Positions 43,934 through 55,026 of a stretch of DNA of 64,000 nt are shown one piece after another. The position numbers and the translations under genes were made by a program. Numbering within the stretch: position 1 is the stretch's first letter; every line of letters begins with the position of its first letter. Below the pieces are notes generated by a model. That model saw only the letters and a program-made list of their open reading frames with translations. It did no database searches and was not told the DNA's origin. Source of the stretch: an uncultured Actinomycetota bacterium (GTDB taxonomy: Bacteria > Actinomycetota > Actinomycetes > JACCUZ01); contig CAVOOW010000003.1 in assembly GCA_963697675.1 (NCBI GenBank), forward strand, positions 267,562 through 331,561, written 5' to 3'.

Positions 43934-43936
43934 GTT

Positions 43937-44650
43937 TTAGCGATCTTGGTCCGTGGGGCGGGCTGGTGATGCGGTGGTGTGGGCTGCCAGTGGAGTGCCT
44001 GCCTCGTGGGTGACGGCGAACGAGCAGGGGTCGGCGACTTTCTCGATGAGCCGGCGCGCCTCGTCGGGGTCGCCGGGCACCTGCACATCGACGCGACCGT
44101 TGCCGCCCCCGGCGCCGAGCGAGCTCCAGGTCAGGCCCGCAAGACCAGCGATCCTGCGGGCGATCAGCTTGAGCTCGGCCTGCGGGTAGCGAACGGTCTC
44201 GACAGTGACCAGCACGCCGTCACCGACGATCGCCTGCAGCTCGGCCCTGACACGTTCCGCGTCACGGGTGACCTGCACGACGATCGCCCCGTGCTCGTGA
44301 TCGAGCCGGAGCTCGCCTGCCTGGTCGGGCGGCAGACCGTCGAGATACTCCGCCGCGATGGTGGCGGCCGCGCTGAGCCGCCACTGAACCATCCAGATCG
44401 CCTTCTCCTCCTCGGCCGTCAGCACGAACCCCCACGTCTCCGGCCATTCCCCGACGCCGCTGTCACGGCGGGTATGCAGCTCTCGTACGTACGCCTCGTC
44501 GTGGCGCAGGGCCAGGCGGCGGCGGTGCAGGATCTCGCCGGCGATCCCGGGTGGGTAGGGGAGTGGATCGGCCCAGGACGGCGCATTGGCGGGGCAGGTG
44601 ATGAGCATGCTGGCCCGGTCGGTCTCCGGCACCTCGTGGATGTGCGCCAT
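43937..44650 (-). CDS. hypothetical protein
   Basis: A 237-aa ORF with protein-like composition and no recognisable motif. Confidence 0.45.
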   Translation of the reverse strand: MAHIHEVPETDRASMLITCPANAPSWADPLPYPPGIAGEILHRRRLALRHDEAYVRELHTRRDSGVGEWPETWGFVLTAEEEKAIWMVQWRLSAAATIAAEYLDGLPPDQAGELRLDHEHGAIVVQVTRDAERVRAELQAIVGDGVLVTVETVRYPQAELKLIARRIAGLAGLTWSSLGAGGGNGRVDVQVPGDPDEARRLIEKVADPCSFAVTHEAGTPLAAHTTASPARPTDQDR

Positions 44651-44689
44651 GCCCGGTCGCCTCCCCTTGGCCGAGCCCCTCAGCCGTCT

Positions 44690-45419
44690 CTAAGCATGCA
44701 CGTAGCGCGCGAACAATGTGCCGTCATCTTCGAGCAGGTGCGCGAGCCCGAACGACAGGTCGAGCCCCGCGCCCGCGATGATCCGGGACGAGCCCCCGCC
44801 CACGACTCGCGGCGCGACGGTGAGGCAGAGCTCATCGAGGCGTTCGGCCGCCGCGAGGTCGGCCAGCAGACGTGGCCCGCCCTCGCAGAGCACCCGCACG
44901 AGGCCTCGCGCGGCGAGCGCATCCAGAGCAGCGCCGATGTCAACCGCGTCGTCGCCGGCCACGACCACCTCGGCCACGACGGCACAGCCGATCGCGCAGC
45001 ACCGGGTCGGAGCCCTTGTGGGTCACGACGATCGTGCGCTGCACGCCACCGTGGAACAGTGCCGAGTCGAGGTCGAGGTCGAGGCGCGCAGAGACCAGCA
45101 CGAGTACGGGCGCCGACGGCTGGCCGCAGGCGGCACGCACCTCCGCGAAGTCCGGCTTGGCCCGCAGCGCCCGGTAGCCCTCGATGCGCGCGGTCCCCGC
45201 TCCGACGAGCACTGCATCGGCAAGACCGCGCAGGACGCCGAACACCGCTTTGTCGCCCGGTCCGCCGAGCGCGCCGGAGCGACCGTCGACGGCCGCTGCC
45301 CCGTCGAGAGAAGTGACCATGTTGGCGCGCACCCACGGAAGCCTGGCCGGATCGGTGGGATAGGCGTAGGCCGCCTGCAGATCGATCTCGCCGACGGGTG
45401 TGGGCAGCAGCTGGCGCAT
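44690..45419 (-). pseudogene. RibD C-terminal-domain (dihydrofolate/pyrimidine reductase-like) family protein, frameshifted near 44990
   Basis: The N-terminal part (…WVRANMVTSLDGAAAVDGRSG…VVTHKGSDP) is in one frame and the C-terminal part (…VRVLCEGGPRLL…) in another. Confidence 0.65.
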
Positions 45420-45709
45420 CAGTGGATGTACGGCGGCAGGCGCGGTGGCCGCCCTATTCTGCGCCGCCCGAGTGCCTGCGACGCGATCAGCACGCCCAGT
45501 GCGGCGACGGCGACCTGGCAGCACACGACCAGCAGCCAGGTGTCGATGTTGGCCGCCCGCGCGATCGCGAGACCGCCGACCGCGCCGAGGATGCCGAGCA
45601 GAAGGGTGAGCAGGCAGCCGATCGGCTGGCGTCCTGGCACGACAAGACGGCCGAGGGCGCCGATGACGAGCCCGACGAAGATCGCTCCCAGGATGGTGTC
45701 TGGATCCAT
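45419..45709 (-). CDS. GlsB/YeaQ/YmgE-family stress-response membrane protein
   Basis: A 96-aa protein with the family's GAIFVGLVIGALG… and GILGAVGG pattern. Confidence 0.7.
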   Translation of the reverse strand: MDPDTILGAIFVGLVIGALGRLVVPGRQPIGCLLTLLLGILGAVGGLAIARAANIDTWLLVVCCQVAVAALGVLIASQALGRRRIGRPPRLPPYIH

Positions 45710-45713
45710 GCCT

Positions 45714-47470
45714 TCAGCCTGCCACGCGGATGATCGCGACGGATTCCGCTTGCAGAGTTACCGAATCACCCGCCCACTCGACCGTGCCTTCCGCCGAGGT
45801 GAGCACGACATCCACGACTGGCGTGCCGATGCGACACGGCGCGCGGCTCGGCGGCCAGGTTCGCGACGACGAGCAACCCGCGTCGCCGTACGACGAAGCC
45901 AGCGTTCGTCGGGATCTGCCACGACGGACACCTCCTCGAGGCGCGGGTCGCGCAACGCCGGCTCGCTGCGCCGCAGCGCGATCAGCGACCGGTGCCACGC
46001 GAGCATCTCTGCATGGAGCGCGCTGTCGAGCTCGGACCAGTCGAGGCGCGATCGCTCGAACGTCGCTGGGTCCTGCGGGTCAGGCACGTCGCTCTCACGC
46101 CACCCGTGCGCGGCGAACTCGCGCCGCCGGCCGACGCGCACCGACTCCGCGAGGTCGGGTTCCTGATGGTCGGTGAAGAACTGCCACGGAGTCGACGCCG
46201 CCCATTCCTCACCCATGAAAAGCATTGGCGTGAAAGGCGATGTCAGCACCAGCGCAGCACCGACCTTGGCGAGCCCGTGGCTGACGGTGGCCGTGATGCG
46301 ATCGCCCGTGGCGCGGTTGCCGACCTGGTCGTGGTCTTGCAGATAGCCGAGGAACCGATATCCCAAGGAGCGAGCGGTGTCGACGGGTTCTCCGTGCAGG
46401 GCCTCACGAAATGACGACCAGGTGCCGGCGTGGAAGAACGCGCCGGTCAGCGTCGCGCGCGTCGCCTCGAAAGGGTCGGCGGCGAAGTCGGCGTAGTAGC
46501 CCTGACTCTCACCGGTCAGCAACGTGTGCAGCGCATGGTGGAAGTCGTCGCTCCACTGCGCCGTCATGCCAAGACCGCCACACTCGCGGGGCAGGACCAG
46601 CGACGGCTGGTTGAGGTCCGACTCCGCCACCAGGGAGAGCGGTCGGTGGACCTGAGTCGCGAGAACCTCAACCGACCGCGACAGCTCGGCCAGCAGGTGC
46701 ACGTCGCTGTCGTCGACGAGTGCGTGAACCGCATCGATGCGCAACGCGTCGACATGGAAGTCGCGCAGCCACATCAAGGCGTTGTCGATGATCCAGCGGC
46801 GCACCTCGTGGGCACCCTCGTCATCGAGGTTGACGGCGGCGCCCCAGGGCGTGTGGTGGCGTTCGGTGAAGTACGGGCCGAAGCGAGGCAGGTAGTTCCC
46901 GCTGGGACCGAGGTGGTTGTAGACGACGTCGAGCGCCACCCCGAGTCCGCGCGCGTGACAGGCGTCGACCAGTCGCTTGAGCGCATCGGGGCCGCCGTAG
47001 GGCTCGTGCACCGCGGAGAGGGCGACGCCGTCGTACCCCCAGCCGTGAACGCCGGGGAACGAGGCCACGGGCATCAGCTCGACGATGTCGATGCCGAGGT
47101 CGACGAGGTGGTCGAGCCGGTGGATGACGGCGTCGAGCGTCCCCTCCGGCGTGAACGTGCCGACGTGCAGCTCGTAGAACACCGAGCCGGGCAGCGCGAC
47201 GCCCCGCCAGCCGCCGTCCGTCCAGTCGTGGCGGGCGTGGTCGTAGACGCGGCTGGGCCCGTGCACCCCGTGCGGCTGCCAGCGCGACCGCGGGTCGGGC
47301 AGCGCGGTGGCGGCGTCGTCGAGCACGAACGCGTAGTCGTCGCCATGACCAAGAGTGGGTACGTCGACCCGCCACCAGCCGCCGTCGTCGGGAGCCATCG
47401 CCCGCCGGCCGTCAGCTGTCTCGACAGCCACCGACCCCGCCAGGGGCGCCCACACCGAGAGCTCTGTCAC
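45714..47470 (-). pseudogene. treZ: malto-oligosyltrehalose trehalohydrolase TreZ, frameshifted near 45900
   Basis: GH13 motifs (DVVYNHLGP, GFRIDAV-like, MLFMGEEW). The last 60 aa are in another frame. Confidence 0.8.
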
Positions 47471-47531
47471 GGTCGGCGAACCTACCCTTGCAAGATCGGC
47501 GGACCGCCACCGAGTCTGCGACTATCTCCGG

Positions 47532-48416
47532 ATGGCTAAGACATCTGCAAAGGACACAAAGAAGGCCCGGCCGCGAGTGGAACGGGTGAGCGACCTGTTG
47601 CGACTCCCGATCGGGCCGGTCGACCTCGACTCGATCGACACCGGAGCCACGCCGGGATGCGACGGCTCGAAGTCGACCGGGCGGAAGGCGCTGGCACTGC
47701 TCGGCCCGCGCCTTGCGGACCTGCAGGAGCGGCTCTTCGCAGAGGGCAAGTCCGGAGGCTCGCGCAGTGTCCTGCTGGTGCTCCAGGGCATGGACACGTC
47801 GGGCAAGGGCGGCACCCTGCGCCACGTCGTGGGTCAGGTCGACCCCCAGGGTGTGACGATCCATTCCTTCAAGGCGCCGACTCGCGAAGAGTTGTCGCAC
47901 GACTTCCTGTGGCGCATCAAGCGCGCCTTGCCATCTCCGGGACTCATTGGCGTCTTCGACCGGTCGCACTACGAGGACGTCGTTGTCGTGCGGGTGAATG
48001 GTCTGGTCGAGCGCCGCACCTGGCAGCGTCGTTACGCGTCGATCAATCGGTTCGAGCAGTCACTGGTCACCGAAGGCACCACCGTCGTGAAGTGTTTCCT
48101 GCACATCTCCAAGAAGGAGTCACGAGACCGGCTGCTCCGTCGCCTCGACAAGACGGACAAGCTCTGGAAGTTCAACCCCGGCGACATCGACAGCCGGGCC
48201 GAGTGGGACCCGTTGAAAGAGGCTTACGCGGACGCGCTCGAACGCTGCAACACGGAGTTCGCGCCGTGGCACGTCATCCCCGCCGACCACAAGTGGTATC
48301 GGAACTGGGCCATCATGAACATCCTCGTCGAGCAGCTCGAGGCGTTGAAGGTCGAGTGGCCGGCCGCAGAGTTCGACGTCGTGGAGCAGCGCAACCGGCT
48401 GCTGGCATCCGAATAA
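47532..48416 (+). CDS. ppk2: polyphosphate kinase 2 family (PPK2) nucleotide phosphotransferase
   Basis: Walker A GMDTSGKGGT and the PPK2 lid. Start placed at MAKTSAKD. Confidence 0.85.
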   Translation: MAKTSAKDTKKARPRVERVSDLLRLPIGPVDLDSIDTGATPGCDGSKSTGRKALALLGPRLADLQERLFAEGKSGGSRSVLLVLQGMDTSGKGGTLRHVVGQVDPQGVTIHSFKAPTREELSHDFLWRIKRALPSPGLIGVFDRSHYEDVVVVRVNGLVERRTWQRRYASINRFEQSLVTEGTTVVKCFLHISKKESRDRLLRRLDKTDKLWKFNPGDIDSRAEWDPLKEAYADALERCNTEFAPWHVIPADHKWYRNWAIMNILVEQLEALKVEWPAAEFDVVEQRNRLLASE

Positions 48417-48427
48417 TGTGAAGCGGC

Positions 48428-49135
48428 TCATGGCCGGACGACGGCAGCGCAGCCGACGGGCGACGGGACCCCGACGCGATGCAGCCGGACCAGCGAGGCA
48501 ACCTTCACAGCGGCGATCGCAATGGCAAAGAGCGCGCAGGCGAGAGGAGACCGGGTCGTCAGCATGAGGATGACGAGGGCGCCGCTGTTGAAGGCCTTCC
48601 CGATCGTCGACCAGTTCCACTGGTAGATGGTCCGGTCGACGAGGTTGAAGTAGTTCAGCGAGCGCAGCGGCCAGTTCAGGAAGGTCAGCGACAGGTGAGC
48701 ATCGAGCACCATGAACTGGAACAGGAACACGGCGATCGGCACCAGCATCGAGTGGTGCAGGTGCCCGTAGGACACGTAGTAGAGCGCGATGCAGAGCCGG
48801 TCGCTCACGATGTCGAGGACCGCACCTGCACGCGTCTCCTCGTTGCGGCTCCGGGCGACGATGCCGTCGGCCACGTCGCCCAGCCAGTGCACGCCGAGCC
48901 CGAGAAAGAGCAACCAGACCTGTCCGGTCGCGATGGACCAGGTGACCGCGACGAGGCAGCCGACCGTGCGGGTGAGCGTGACGGCATTCGCCAGCGTGAC
49001 CACGTTCTCGGCGGCGGTGCGAACGCATCCGTGGTGCTCGCAGGCCAGAACGGCAGCCTCGGCCCCCGCCCCCCATGCCTCGGGTCGAGCGTCGATCGCC
49101 AGTCCAGCCGAGCCAGGATTCGCCGTCGTCGTCAT
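48428..49135 (-). CDS. CDP-alcohol phosphatidyltransferase family protein
   Basis: DVADGIVARSRNEETRAGAVLDIVSDR matches D-G-x2-A-R…G…D-x3-D. Confidence 0.75.
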   Translation of the reverse strand: MTTTANPGSAGLAIDARPEAWGAGAEAAVLACEHHGCVRTAAENVVTLANAVTLTRTVGCLVAVTWSIATGQVWLLFLGLGVHWLGDVADGIVARSRNEETRAGAVLDIVSDRLCIALYYVSYGHLHHSMLVPIAVFLFQFMVLDAHLSLTFLNWPLRSLNYFNLVDRTIYQWNWSTIGKAFNSGALVILMLTTRSPLACALFAIAIAAVKVASLVRLHRVGVPSPVGCAAVVRP

Positions 49136-49290
49136 CGTTTCTCCTCTAGTTGCTTGCCCCACGAAGAGACTGCGGCCGGTGCCGGGATCCCGGATAGCCG
49201 ACTGACGCCCGCCAGTCACAGGGCTGGTCGGGTCGCCACCAGGAGGTTTTCCTCCTTGTCCTGCCACCGGCAGGCGCGGAGTATCAGGAC

Positions 49291-51438
49291 GTGAGCACCT
49301 CGAACGCGGTCGCGGTACGGGCCACGGCCGTCGCGGCGTGCCTGCTCACCGCGGTCACCCTGGTGCTCTCCGGCCAGACCGGCGACCCCTTGCCCGTCAA
49401 GACCATCAACCTCTCGGTCCTCTCCGCGGGCGCTGCCGGCATGGCGCTGCTGCTGCACGCACGGACACCGGAGAACAACGTGTGGCGGGTGCTGCTCGTC
49501 ATCGCGGTCGCCGGGCCGCTGGCCGTGGCCGCGTACGCGATCGCGGACTCTCAGTCGGCCCCTTCAGATCTGCTGGTGGGCGCGCTGTGGCTGGTGGACC
49601 CGCTGCTGGTCGTGCCCTGGGTCCTGTTCATCGGACTGTTCCCCGACGGCCATCGACCGGTCCGCCGTTGGCAGGAGCTGGTCTGGGGCGGCGCAGTGGT
49701 CGCGGTCATCGTCTCGCTCATCGCGTGGCTGACGATGCCGACCGGCGGTCTTTACCCCATGCCGGGACACATGCCCGGTGAGTCTGCTGTTCCTGACGAC
49801 GGCAGCCTGCACGGAGTCGCCGCCCAGGCCGCGACCGCGCTCACCGGCCTGCTGCCACTGGTGGCGGTCTGGTGCCTGCTGCTCCGCTATCGGCGCGCAG
49901 GTCCTGTGATGCAGCAACAGATCAGGGTGGGCGCCGTCGGTCTGGTCACCTGTGTGGTGATCGAGATCGGCCTGAGTACGTTGCCGTTCGTCCACGACCG
50001 GCCGGTCCAGTTCGCCGCCGCCGTCGTGGCTGTGGGCGTGGGCGCACTCGGCGTTGCTGCCGCATTGCTTCGCTGGCGGCTGTGGATCGTCGACCAGGCT
50101 CTGCCGCGTGCGGTGGTCCTGAGCATGTGCTCCGCTGCTTTCACCGCGGTGCTGGTCGCCGGTGCCCTGATCGCCAACCGTCAGGTCAAGACGTCACAGG
50201 TACGGGTCGCCGTCTTCGCCGCGGTCATCGTGACGATCCTCCTGCAGGGCTACAGCCGGCGGCTCGAGCCGTGGGTGCGCCGCCTGGTCTACGGCGAGCG
50301 GCCGGGCGGCTTCGCCGTGCTGATCGGGCTGGCCGACGACCTGGCGACGCTCGACAGCTCGAGCGCAGCGAGCCGCATCGCCGACTCGGCTCGCCGCGCG
50401 CTCGCGGTGCCCTGGGCAGCGTTCTGGGCACCGACGGCGCGCCCGTCGGTGTTCCGTCTCGTGGCGACCTCCGGAGAGCTCGCGGCACCTGCCGTGATCG
50501 ACCTGTCCGAACAGGCACCCGGTCCGGACGGCCCCATGACCCGGCTGCTCCGGGACGACGAGTCACGGTCACCGTTCCCCGACGAGACCGCGGCGTTGAG
50601 CCTGCTCTCCACCGGCAGTCGTTGCTGGGGTCTGCTTGCTGTTGGGCAGCGCCGCGGTGAGCCGTTGACCGACGGAGACATCGAGCTGCTGACGGTCATC
50701 ACGCGGGAGGCCGAGCTGGCCCATGCGAACCGGCAGCTCCTGGACGAGGTCGCGGTCAGTCTCGAGCAGCTGCAGACCCGCGCACGGCAGCTGCAGGAGT
50801 CGCGGCAGCGGCTGGTCTCGGCTCAGGACGAGGAGCGACGCCGCATCGAGCGGGATCTCCACGACGGGGCGCAGCACGAGCTGATCATGCTCGCCGGACA
50901 GCTCCGCGGCATGGCCAGGAGCCAGACCTCCGCCCCGGGCCAGCTGGAGGACCTCGCCGCGCTCGCGGAGCGCGCCGTGTTCAGCCTGCAGGACCTGGCC
51001 CGTGGGATCTACCCGAGTGTCCTCACCGACCGCGGTGTCGCCGCCGCGATCAGGTCGTACGTCGGACGGTTGCCGCTCGCCGTGACCCTCGAGGTGGCAG
51101 GGCCGACGGCTCGCCGGCGGTGGTCGGACGACCTCGAGGTGGCGCTCTACTTCGTGGCCGTCGAGTCGCTCGGCAACTGCCTCAAGCACGCAGCGGCCAC
51201 TGCGACGACGGTCACGCTGGCCGAGCTGGAGCGCGACGTCGTGCTGGAGGTCCACGACAACGGCAGTGGGTTCGACCTGCACACTGCAGCGCGCGGCAGC
51301 GGTCTGCAGCACATGACCGACCGGATGTCCGCTCTTGGCGGCACCCTTGTCATCAACAGCCGACGAGGCGAGGGCACGTGGGTGACCGCCCGCGTGCCGG
51401 CCTGTGTCCCCGAGCCGCACGTGGCGATCGGAATCTAG
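49291..51438 (+). CDS. sensor histidine kinase (polytopic N-terminus, GAF-like region, HisKA_3 / HATPase_c)
   Basis: Eight or more TM helices, then an ERRRIERDLHDGAQHEL H-box and an ATPase domain; 715 aa and intact. Confidence 0.85.
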   Translation: MSTSNAVAVRATAVAACLLTAVTLVLSGQTGDPLPVKTINLSVLSAGAAGMALLLHARTPENNVWRVLLVIAVAGPLAVAAYAIADSQSAPSDLLVGALWLVDPLLVVPWVLFIGLFPDGHRPVRRWQELVWGGAVVAVIVSLIAWLTMPTGGLYPMPGHMPGESAVPDDGSLHGVAAQAATALTGLLPLVAVWCLLLRYRRAGPVMQQQIRVGAVGLVTCVVIEIGLSTLPFVHDRPVQFAAAVVAVGVGALGVAAALLRWRLWIVDQALPRAVVLSMCSAAFTAVLVAGALIANRQVKTSQVRVAVFAAVIVTILLQGYSRRLEPWVRRLVYGERPGGFAVLIGLADDLATLDSSSAASRIADSARRALAVPWAAFWAPTARPSVFRLVATSGELAAPAVIDLSEQAPGPDGPMTRLLRDDESRSPFPDETAALSLLSTGSRCWGLLAVGQRRGEPLTDGDIELLTVITREAELAHANRQLLDEVAVSLEQLQTRARQLQESRQRLVSAQDEERRRIERDLHDGAQHELIMLAGQLRGMARSQTSAPGQLEDLAALAERAVFSLQDLARGIYPSVLTDRGVAAAIRSYVGRLPLAVTLEVAGPTARRRWSDDLEVALYFVAVESLGNCLKHAAATATTVTLAELERDVVLEVHDNGSGFDLHTAARGSGLQHMTDRMSALGGTLVINSRRGEGTWVTARVPACVPEPHVAIGI

Positions 51439-52115
51439 CGTTCCGTTCCAGACTCACGAAGATAGAGCAGCACGGCGCGCACGCGGCGGTTGACGTCTTC
51501 GCGCTCGGTCAGCCCGAGCTTCATGAACACCGTGGCGATGCGCTTCTCGACGGTCCCCGTCGCCAGCCTGGTGGCCAGGCCGATGCCCGCGTTGCTGTAT
51601 CCCTCGGCCATCAGGCGGAGCACGTCGAGCTCGCCCTCGGACAGCGTGGTCAAGGGTGAGCCGGGCTTCTCCGCCCGGTGCGCGAGCAGCTGCTGCACGA
51701 TCGCGGGGTCGAGCACCGAGCCGCCGCTCGCCACCTCGTGGATCGCGCGGACCAGCTGCTCGGCGTCGCCCATGCGCAGCTTGTGGAGGTAGGCGTAGCC
51801 CGCGACACCGTCGGCGAACAAGGCCCACACGTACTCCTCGTCGTCGTGCTGGGACAGGACCACGACGCCGCACCCCGGCAGCATCTCCCGGATGTCGTGT
51901 GCGAGGTCGATGCCCTCGGTCGTGTTGGTCGGGGGCATCCGGATGTCGGTGACCAGCACGTCCGGACGCGTGCGCTGGGCGAGCTGCATGGCCTCGGCCG
52001 GGTTGGCCGCGCAGCCCACGACGACGATGTTGTCCTGCTCCTCGAGCAGTCGCCGGAGACCCTCGCGGGTCACAAAATGGTCTTCCGCGACGAGCACCTT
52101 CACCGGTTCGCTCAT
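51435..52115 (-). CDS. NarL/LuxR-family response regulator
   Basis: REC domain (KVLVAEDH…DVLVTDIRMP) plus a LuxR HTH. Its stop overlaps the kinase stop by 4 nt on the opposite strand. Confidence 0.85.
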   Translation of the reverse strand: MSEPVKVLVAEDHFVTREGLRRLLEEQDNIVVVGCAANPAEAMQLAQRTRPDVLVTDIRMPPTNTTEGIDLAHDIREMLPGCGVVVLSQHDDEEYVWALFADGVAGYAYLHKLRMGDAEQLVRAIHEVASGGSVLDPAIVQQLLAHRAEKPGSPLTTLSEGELDVLRLMAEGYSNAGIGLATRLATGTVEKRIATVFMKLGLTEREDVNRRVRAVLLYLRESGTER

Positions 52116-52304
52116 CCGGTCATCATGCCGGGCTGCTCGTCCGCGAGGGTACGCAACGGTCGACGGCTGTCCATGGCTCGATGGTCCTGCAACATCGCGT
52201 GGCGCGGAAGGTGGCAATCACCCACGTTCGCGATGGCTTCCCGGGCGAGACCGCGGGGTCAATCCGCTTGTCGATCAAGGTGATCGTGCACCAGCATCGC
52301 CAGC

Positions 52305-53927
52305 GTGCCGGTTCCCGCGCTGTCCCTGCCCGGAGTCCGAAGCCGCCTGCCGTCGCCCACCCTCGTGCTGGTCGCCGCCCTGACCGCCTCGATGGGCGCC
52401 TACCTGCTGGCGACCCCTCAGGTGCCCGACCTCGCCGCGCAGGTCGCCCGGGCTGACCTCGTGCGCCGGGCCGGTGACTCGGTCTGGTGGTCCGGGTGGT
52501 TCGGCGGCGTCCACCTCCCGAGCTACAGCGCGGTGAGCCCCGTCCTGATGGCTCACGTCGGCGTGCCGGCGACCGGCGCGGTCGCCACCGCGTTTGCGGT
52601 GCTCGCCATGTCCCGCCTGTTGAAGGCGTCGCCACGGGCGTGGCTGGGCACGGCAGCGTTCCTCGTGACGGCGACGGCGAACCTGCTCGACGGGCGCATC
52701 ACCTTCGCGGTGAGCCTGGCCACGGGTCTGTGGTGCCTGGTCGCGCTGGTCGAAGGAAGTCCCGCCGCACAAGCGGTTTTCGGCGGTGGCCTCGCCGTCC
52801 TCACCTGCCTCACGAGTCCGCTGGGTGGGCTGTTCCTCGCTCTCGCCGCGGCGACGTTGTTGTTGGTACGTCGACGGTGGTGGCCGCAGGCGCGGCCCGC
52901 ACTGCTCGTCCTCCTGCTTCTGGGGGTGACGATGGCCGCGACCTTGGCGCTGTTCCCCGACGTCGGCGAGATGCCGTTCCCGGCCGTCAACTTCCTGCCG
53001 GCAGCCGCGTGCACGGTCGCGGTGGGACTGTGCTGCCCTGACCCGCGACTGCGAGGCGGTGCCGCTCTCTACCTGCTGGTGCAGGTCGCGTTCCTTGTGC
53101 ATCCGATGGCTGTCGGGGTCAACATCACCCGGCTCGCCTGGATCTTCGCCCTGCCGCTGCTGGTCGCCTGCGGGCGGCTGCCTCGACGAGCCTTGGCCGT
53201 GGCTGCCGTGACTGCGGCGCTGCTGCCGGCGGTCGACCTGACCGGCCAGCTCCGGGCCGCGGCCGACGCGTCCTCCCAGGCCGACTTCTACCGACCGCTC
53301 GTCGCCGCGCTCGCGGCCGACCAGGCGGCGCATCCCCGCACACTCGGGCAGCGCGTGGAGGTGGTTGACTCCCGCAACCACTGGGCGTCCACCTACCTCG
53401 CCGGGCACGTCACCCTGGCGCGGGGCTGGGAGCGGCAGGCGGACCGTGCGTACAACCCGATCTTCTACGGCGAACGGCCCCTCGACGCGGCGTCCTACCG
53501 GCGGTGGCTCGACGGCCTCGCGGTGGGCTGGGTCGCGGTGCCCGCCGGACCCCTCGACTATGCGTCGGTGGCCGAGGCCCGGCTCGTGGCGACCCGGCCC
53601 GGCTACCTCGTGCCGGCCTGGTCGAACAGCAGCTGGACCCTCTATCGGGTCGCCGACGCGCGGCCGTTGGCCAGCCCGGCGACGGTCGTCCGGGTCGACG
53701 ACAGGGCGGTCGTCGTCGATGTCGGCGCCGTCACGACCTTCCACCTGGCGATCCGGTGGTCGCCGTACCTCGTCGTGACGGACGCAGCAGGTCGACGGCA
53801 GGGCTGCCTCGGTCCAGCCGGGGGATGGACCGTCGTGCGGGTGCCGGCCCCTGGTCGCTACATCGTCACGCCCGACTTCGACGGGAACCTGCGCCACGGG
53901 CCGCCTGGCTGCGGCCCCCAGCGCTAG
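52305..53927 (+). CDS. large polytopic membrane protein with a C-terminal periplasmic domain (possible GT-C-fold glycosyltransferase)
   Basis: About 10 TM helices followed by a soluble domain of about 200 aa. The N-terminal start is uncertain. Confidence 0.6.
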   Translation: MPVPALSLPGVRSRLPSPTLVLVAALTASMGAYLLATPQVPDLAAQVARADLVRRAGDSVWWSGWFGGVHLPSYSAVSPVLMAHVGVPATGAVATAFAVLAMSRLLKASPRAWLGTAAFLVTATANLLDGRITFAVSLATGLWCLVALVEGSPAAQAVFGGGLAVLTCLTSPLGGLFLALAAATLLLVRRRWWPQARPALLVLLLLGVTMAATLALFPDVGEMPFPAVNFLPAAACTVAVGLCCPDPRLRGGAALYLLVQVAFLVHPMAVGVNITRLAWIFALPLLVACGRLPRRALAVAAVTAALLPAVDLTGQLRAAADASSQADFYRPLVAALAADQAAHPRTLGQRVEVVDSRNHWASTYLAGHVTLARGWERQADRAYNPIFYGERPLDAASYRRWLDGLAVGWVAVPAGPLDYASVAEARLVATRPGYLVPAWSNSSWTLYRVADARPLASPATVVRVDDRAVVVDVGAVTTFHLAIRWSPYLVVTDAAGRRQGCLGPAGGWTVVRVPAPGRYIVTPDFDGNLRHGPPGCGPQR

Positions 53928-54376
53928 TCGTCGACCGGCTCGAGCACGAACACGGGGATCTCGCGATCGGTTCGCTTCTGGTAGCCGGCGTAGTCGGGCC
54001 AGGCGGCGACCGCTCGCTCCCACCAGGCCGCCTTCTCCTCGCCGGCAAGCTCGCGAGCCGTCATGTCCTGCTTGGCCGGGCCGTCCTGCAGCTCGACGCG
54101 CGGATGGGCGGCGAGGTTGTGGTACCAGACGGGGTGCTTGGGCGCGCCGCCTTGCGAGGCGACGACGGCATAGCTGCCCTCGTGCTCGACCCGCATCAGC
54201 GGGATCTTGCGCAGCCGACCGGACTTCGCGCCCTTGGTCGTCAGGATGATCACCGGCTTGCCGCGCAGCGTGAGGCCCTTGGTCCCGCCGGAGCTCTCAT
54301 AGAGCTCCACCTGCTCACGGGCTCGCTTGTCCGGGCTCGGCTCGTACTCACCGTCAAGAGGCATGCCGGTGTGCAA
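53924..54376 (-). CDS. deazaflavin (F420H2)-dependent nitroreductase-family oxidoreductase, Ddn-like
   Basis: [30 protein letters not shown]…HPVWYHNL matches the Ddn family. Confidence 0.75.
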   Translation of the reverse strand: MHTGMPLDGEYEPSPDKRAREQVELYESSGGTKGLTLRGKPVIILTTKGAKSGRLRKIPLMRVEHEGSYAVVASQGGAPKHPVWYHNLAAHPRVELQDGPAKQDMTARELAGEEKAAWWERAVAAWPDYAGYQKRTDREIPVFVLEPVDD

Positions 54377-54421
54377 CGCGTGCGGACTTGCCCTATTCCG
54401 GCGTCGGTGCGGGTGCCCGAC

Positions 54422-54923
54422 CTAGTGCGCCCCGACGGCGCGCCAGTAGCCGTTGATCGCGTCGTTCGTCTTGATGAACCAGATGATCGGCCCGACCAGG
54501 ATGAACATGCCGGGGATGTACCAGAGGCCGGTGATGCCGCTGACCGGCGCCGGCTGGCCCGCACGCTTGTAGAGCTCACCCACCTCGCTGGGCATGAGGA
54601 AGAAGCTCACGGGGGTGACGAGGATGTAGATCAGCAGGCCCATGCCGCCACCGAGCCCGTTCCCGGTGTGTCGCTTCATCTCGTTGTGCACGACGTAGAA
54701 CCAGTAGATGCCGTAGATGCCGAACGTGATCAGGTACAGGAACATCGACTTGCCCGTGCTGCGGATGACTGCCGAGCGGCGCGGGTCCGGCGACGGGGTA
54801 GGAGCCGTAGGGGGCCGGCGGGTAGTAGCCGGCAGGTGCGGCGGGCGGCCCGACGGGCGGCGCGTAGCCGTAGGACGGCTGCTCGGGCCCGGGGGCGGCT
54901 CCGCCTTGGTAGTAGTCAGACAT
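54422..54923 (-). pseudogene. DUF4234 membrane protein with a Pro/Tyr-rich N-terminus, frameshifted near 54790
   Basis: The N-terminus (MSDYYQGGAAPGPEQPSYGYAPP…) is in one frame and the TM core (FLYLITFGIYGIYWF…) in another. Confidence 0.6.
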
Positions 54924-55026
54924 GGCTGGTCCCTCAGGTGGCTGCGTGCTGCTGGCGAGCCCGCGACCGCAGGGCGTATGGACAGTGATATCACCTAATG
55001 TCACTGAAAATGGCGGAAAGTGAGAT

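Noticed and set aside
43450-44013. ORFs translating as GGRGGRGG… or RRSRRSRRS…
   Set aside because: They are artefacts of translating the 9-bp GTCGCGGAG microsatellite, in a convergent intergenic region.
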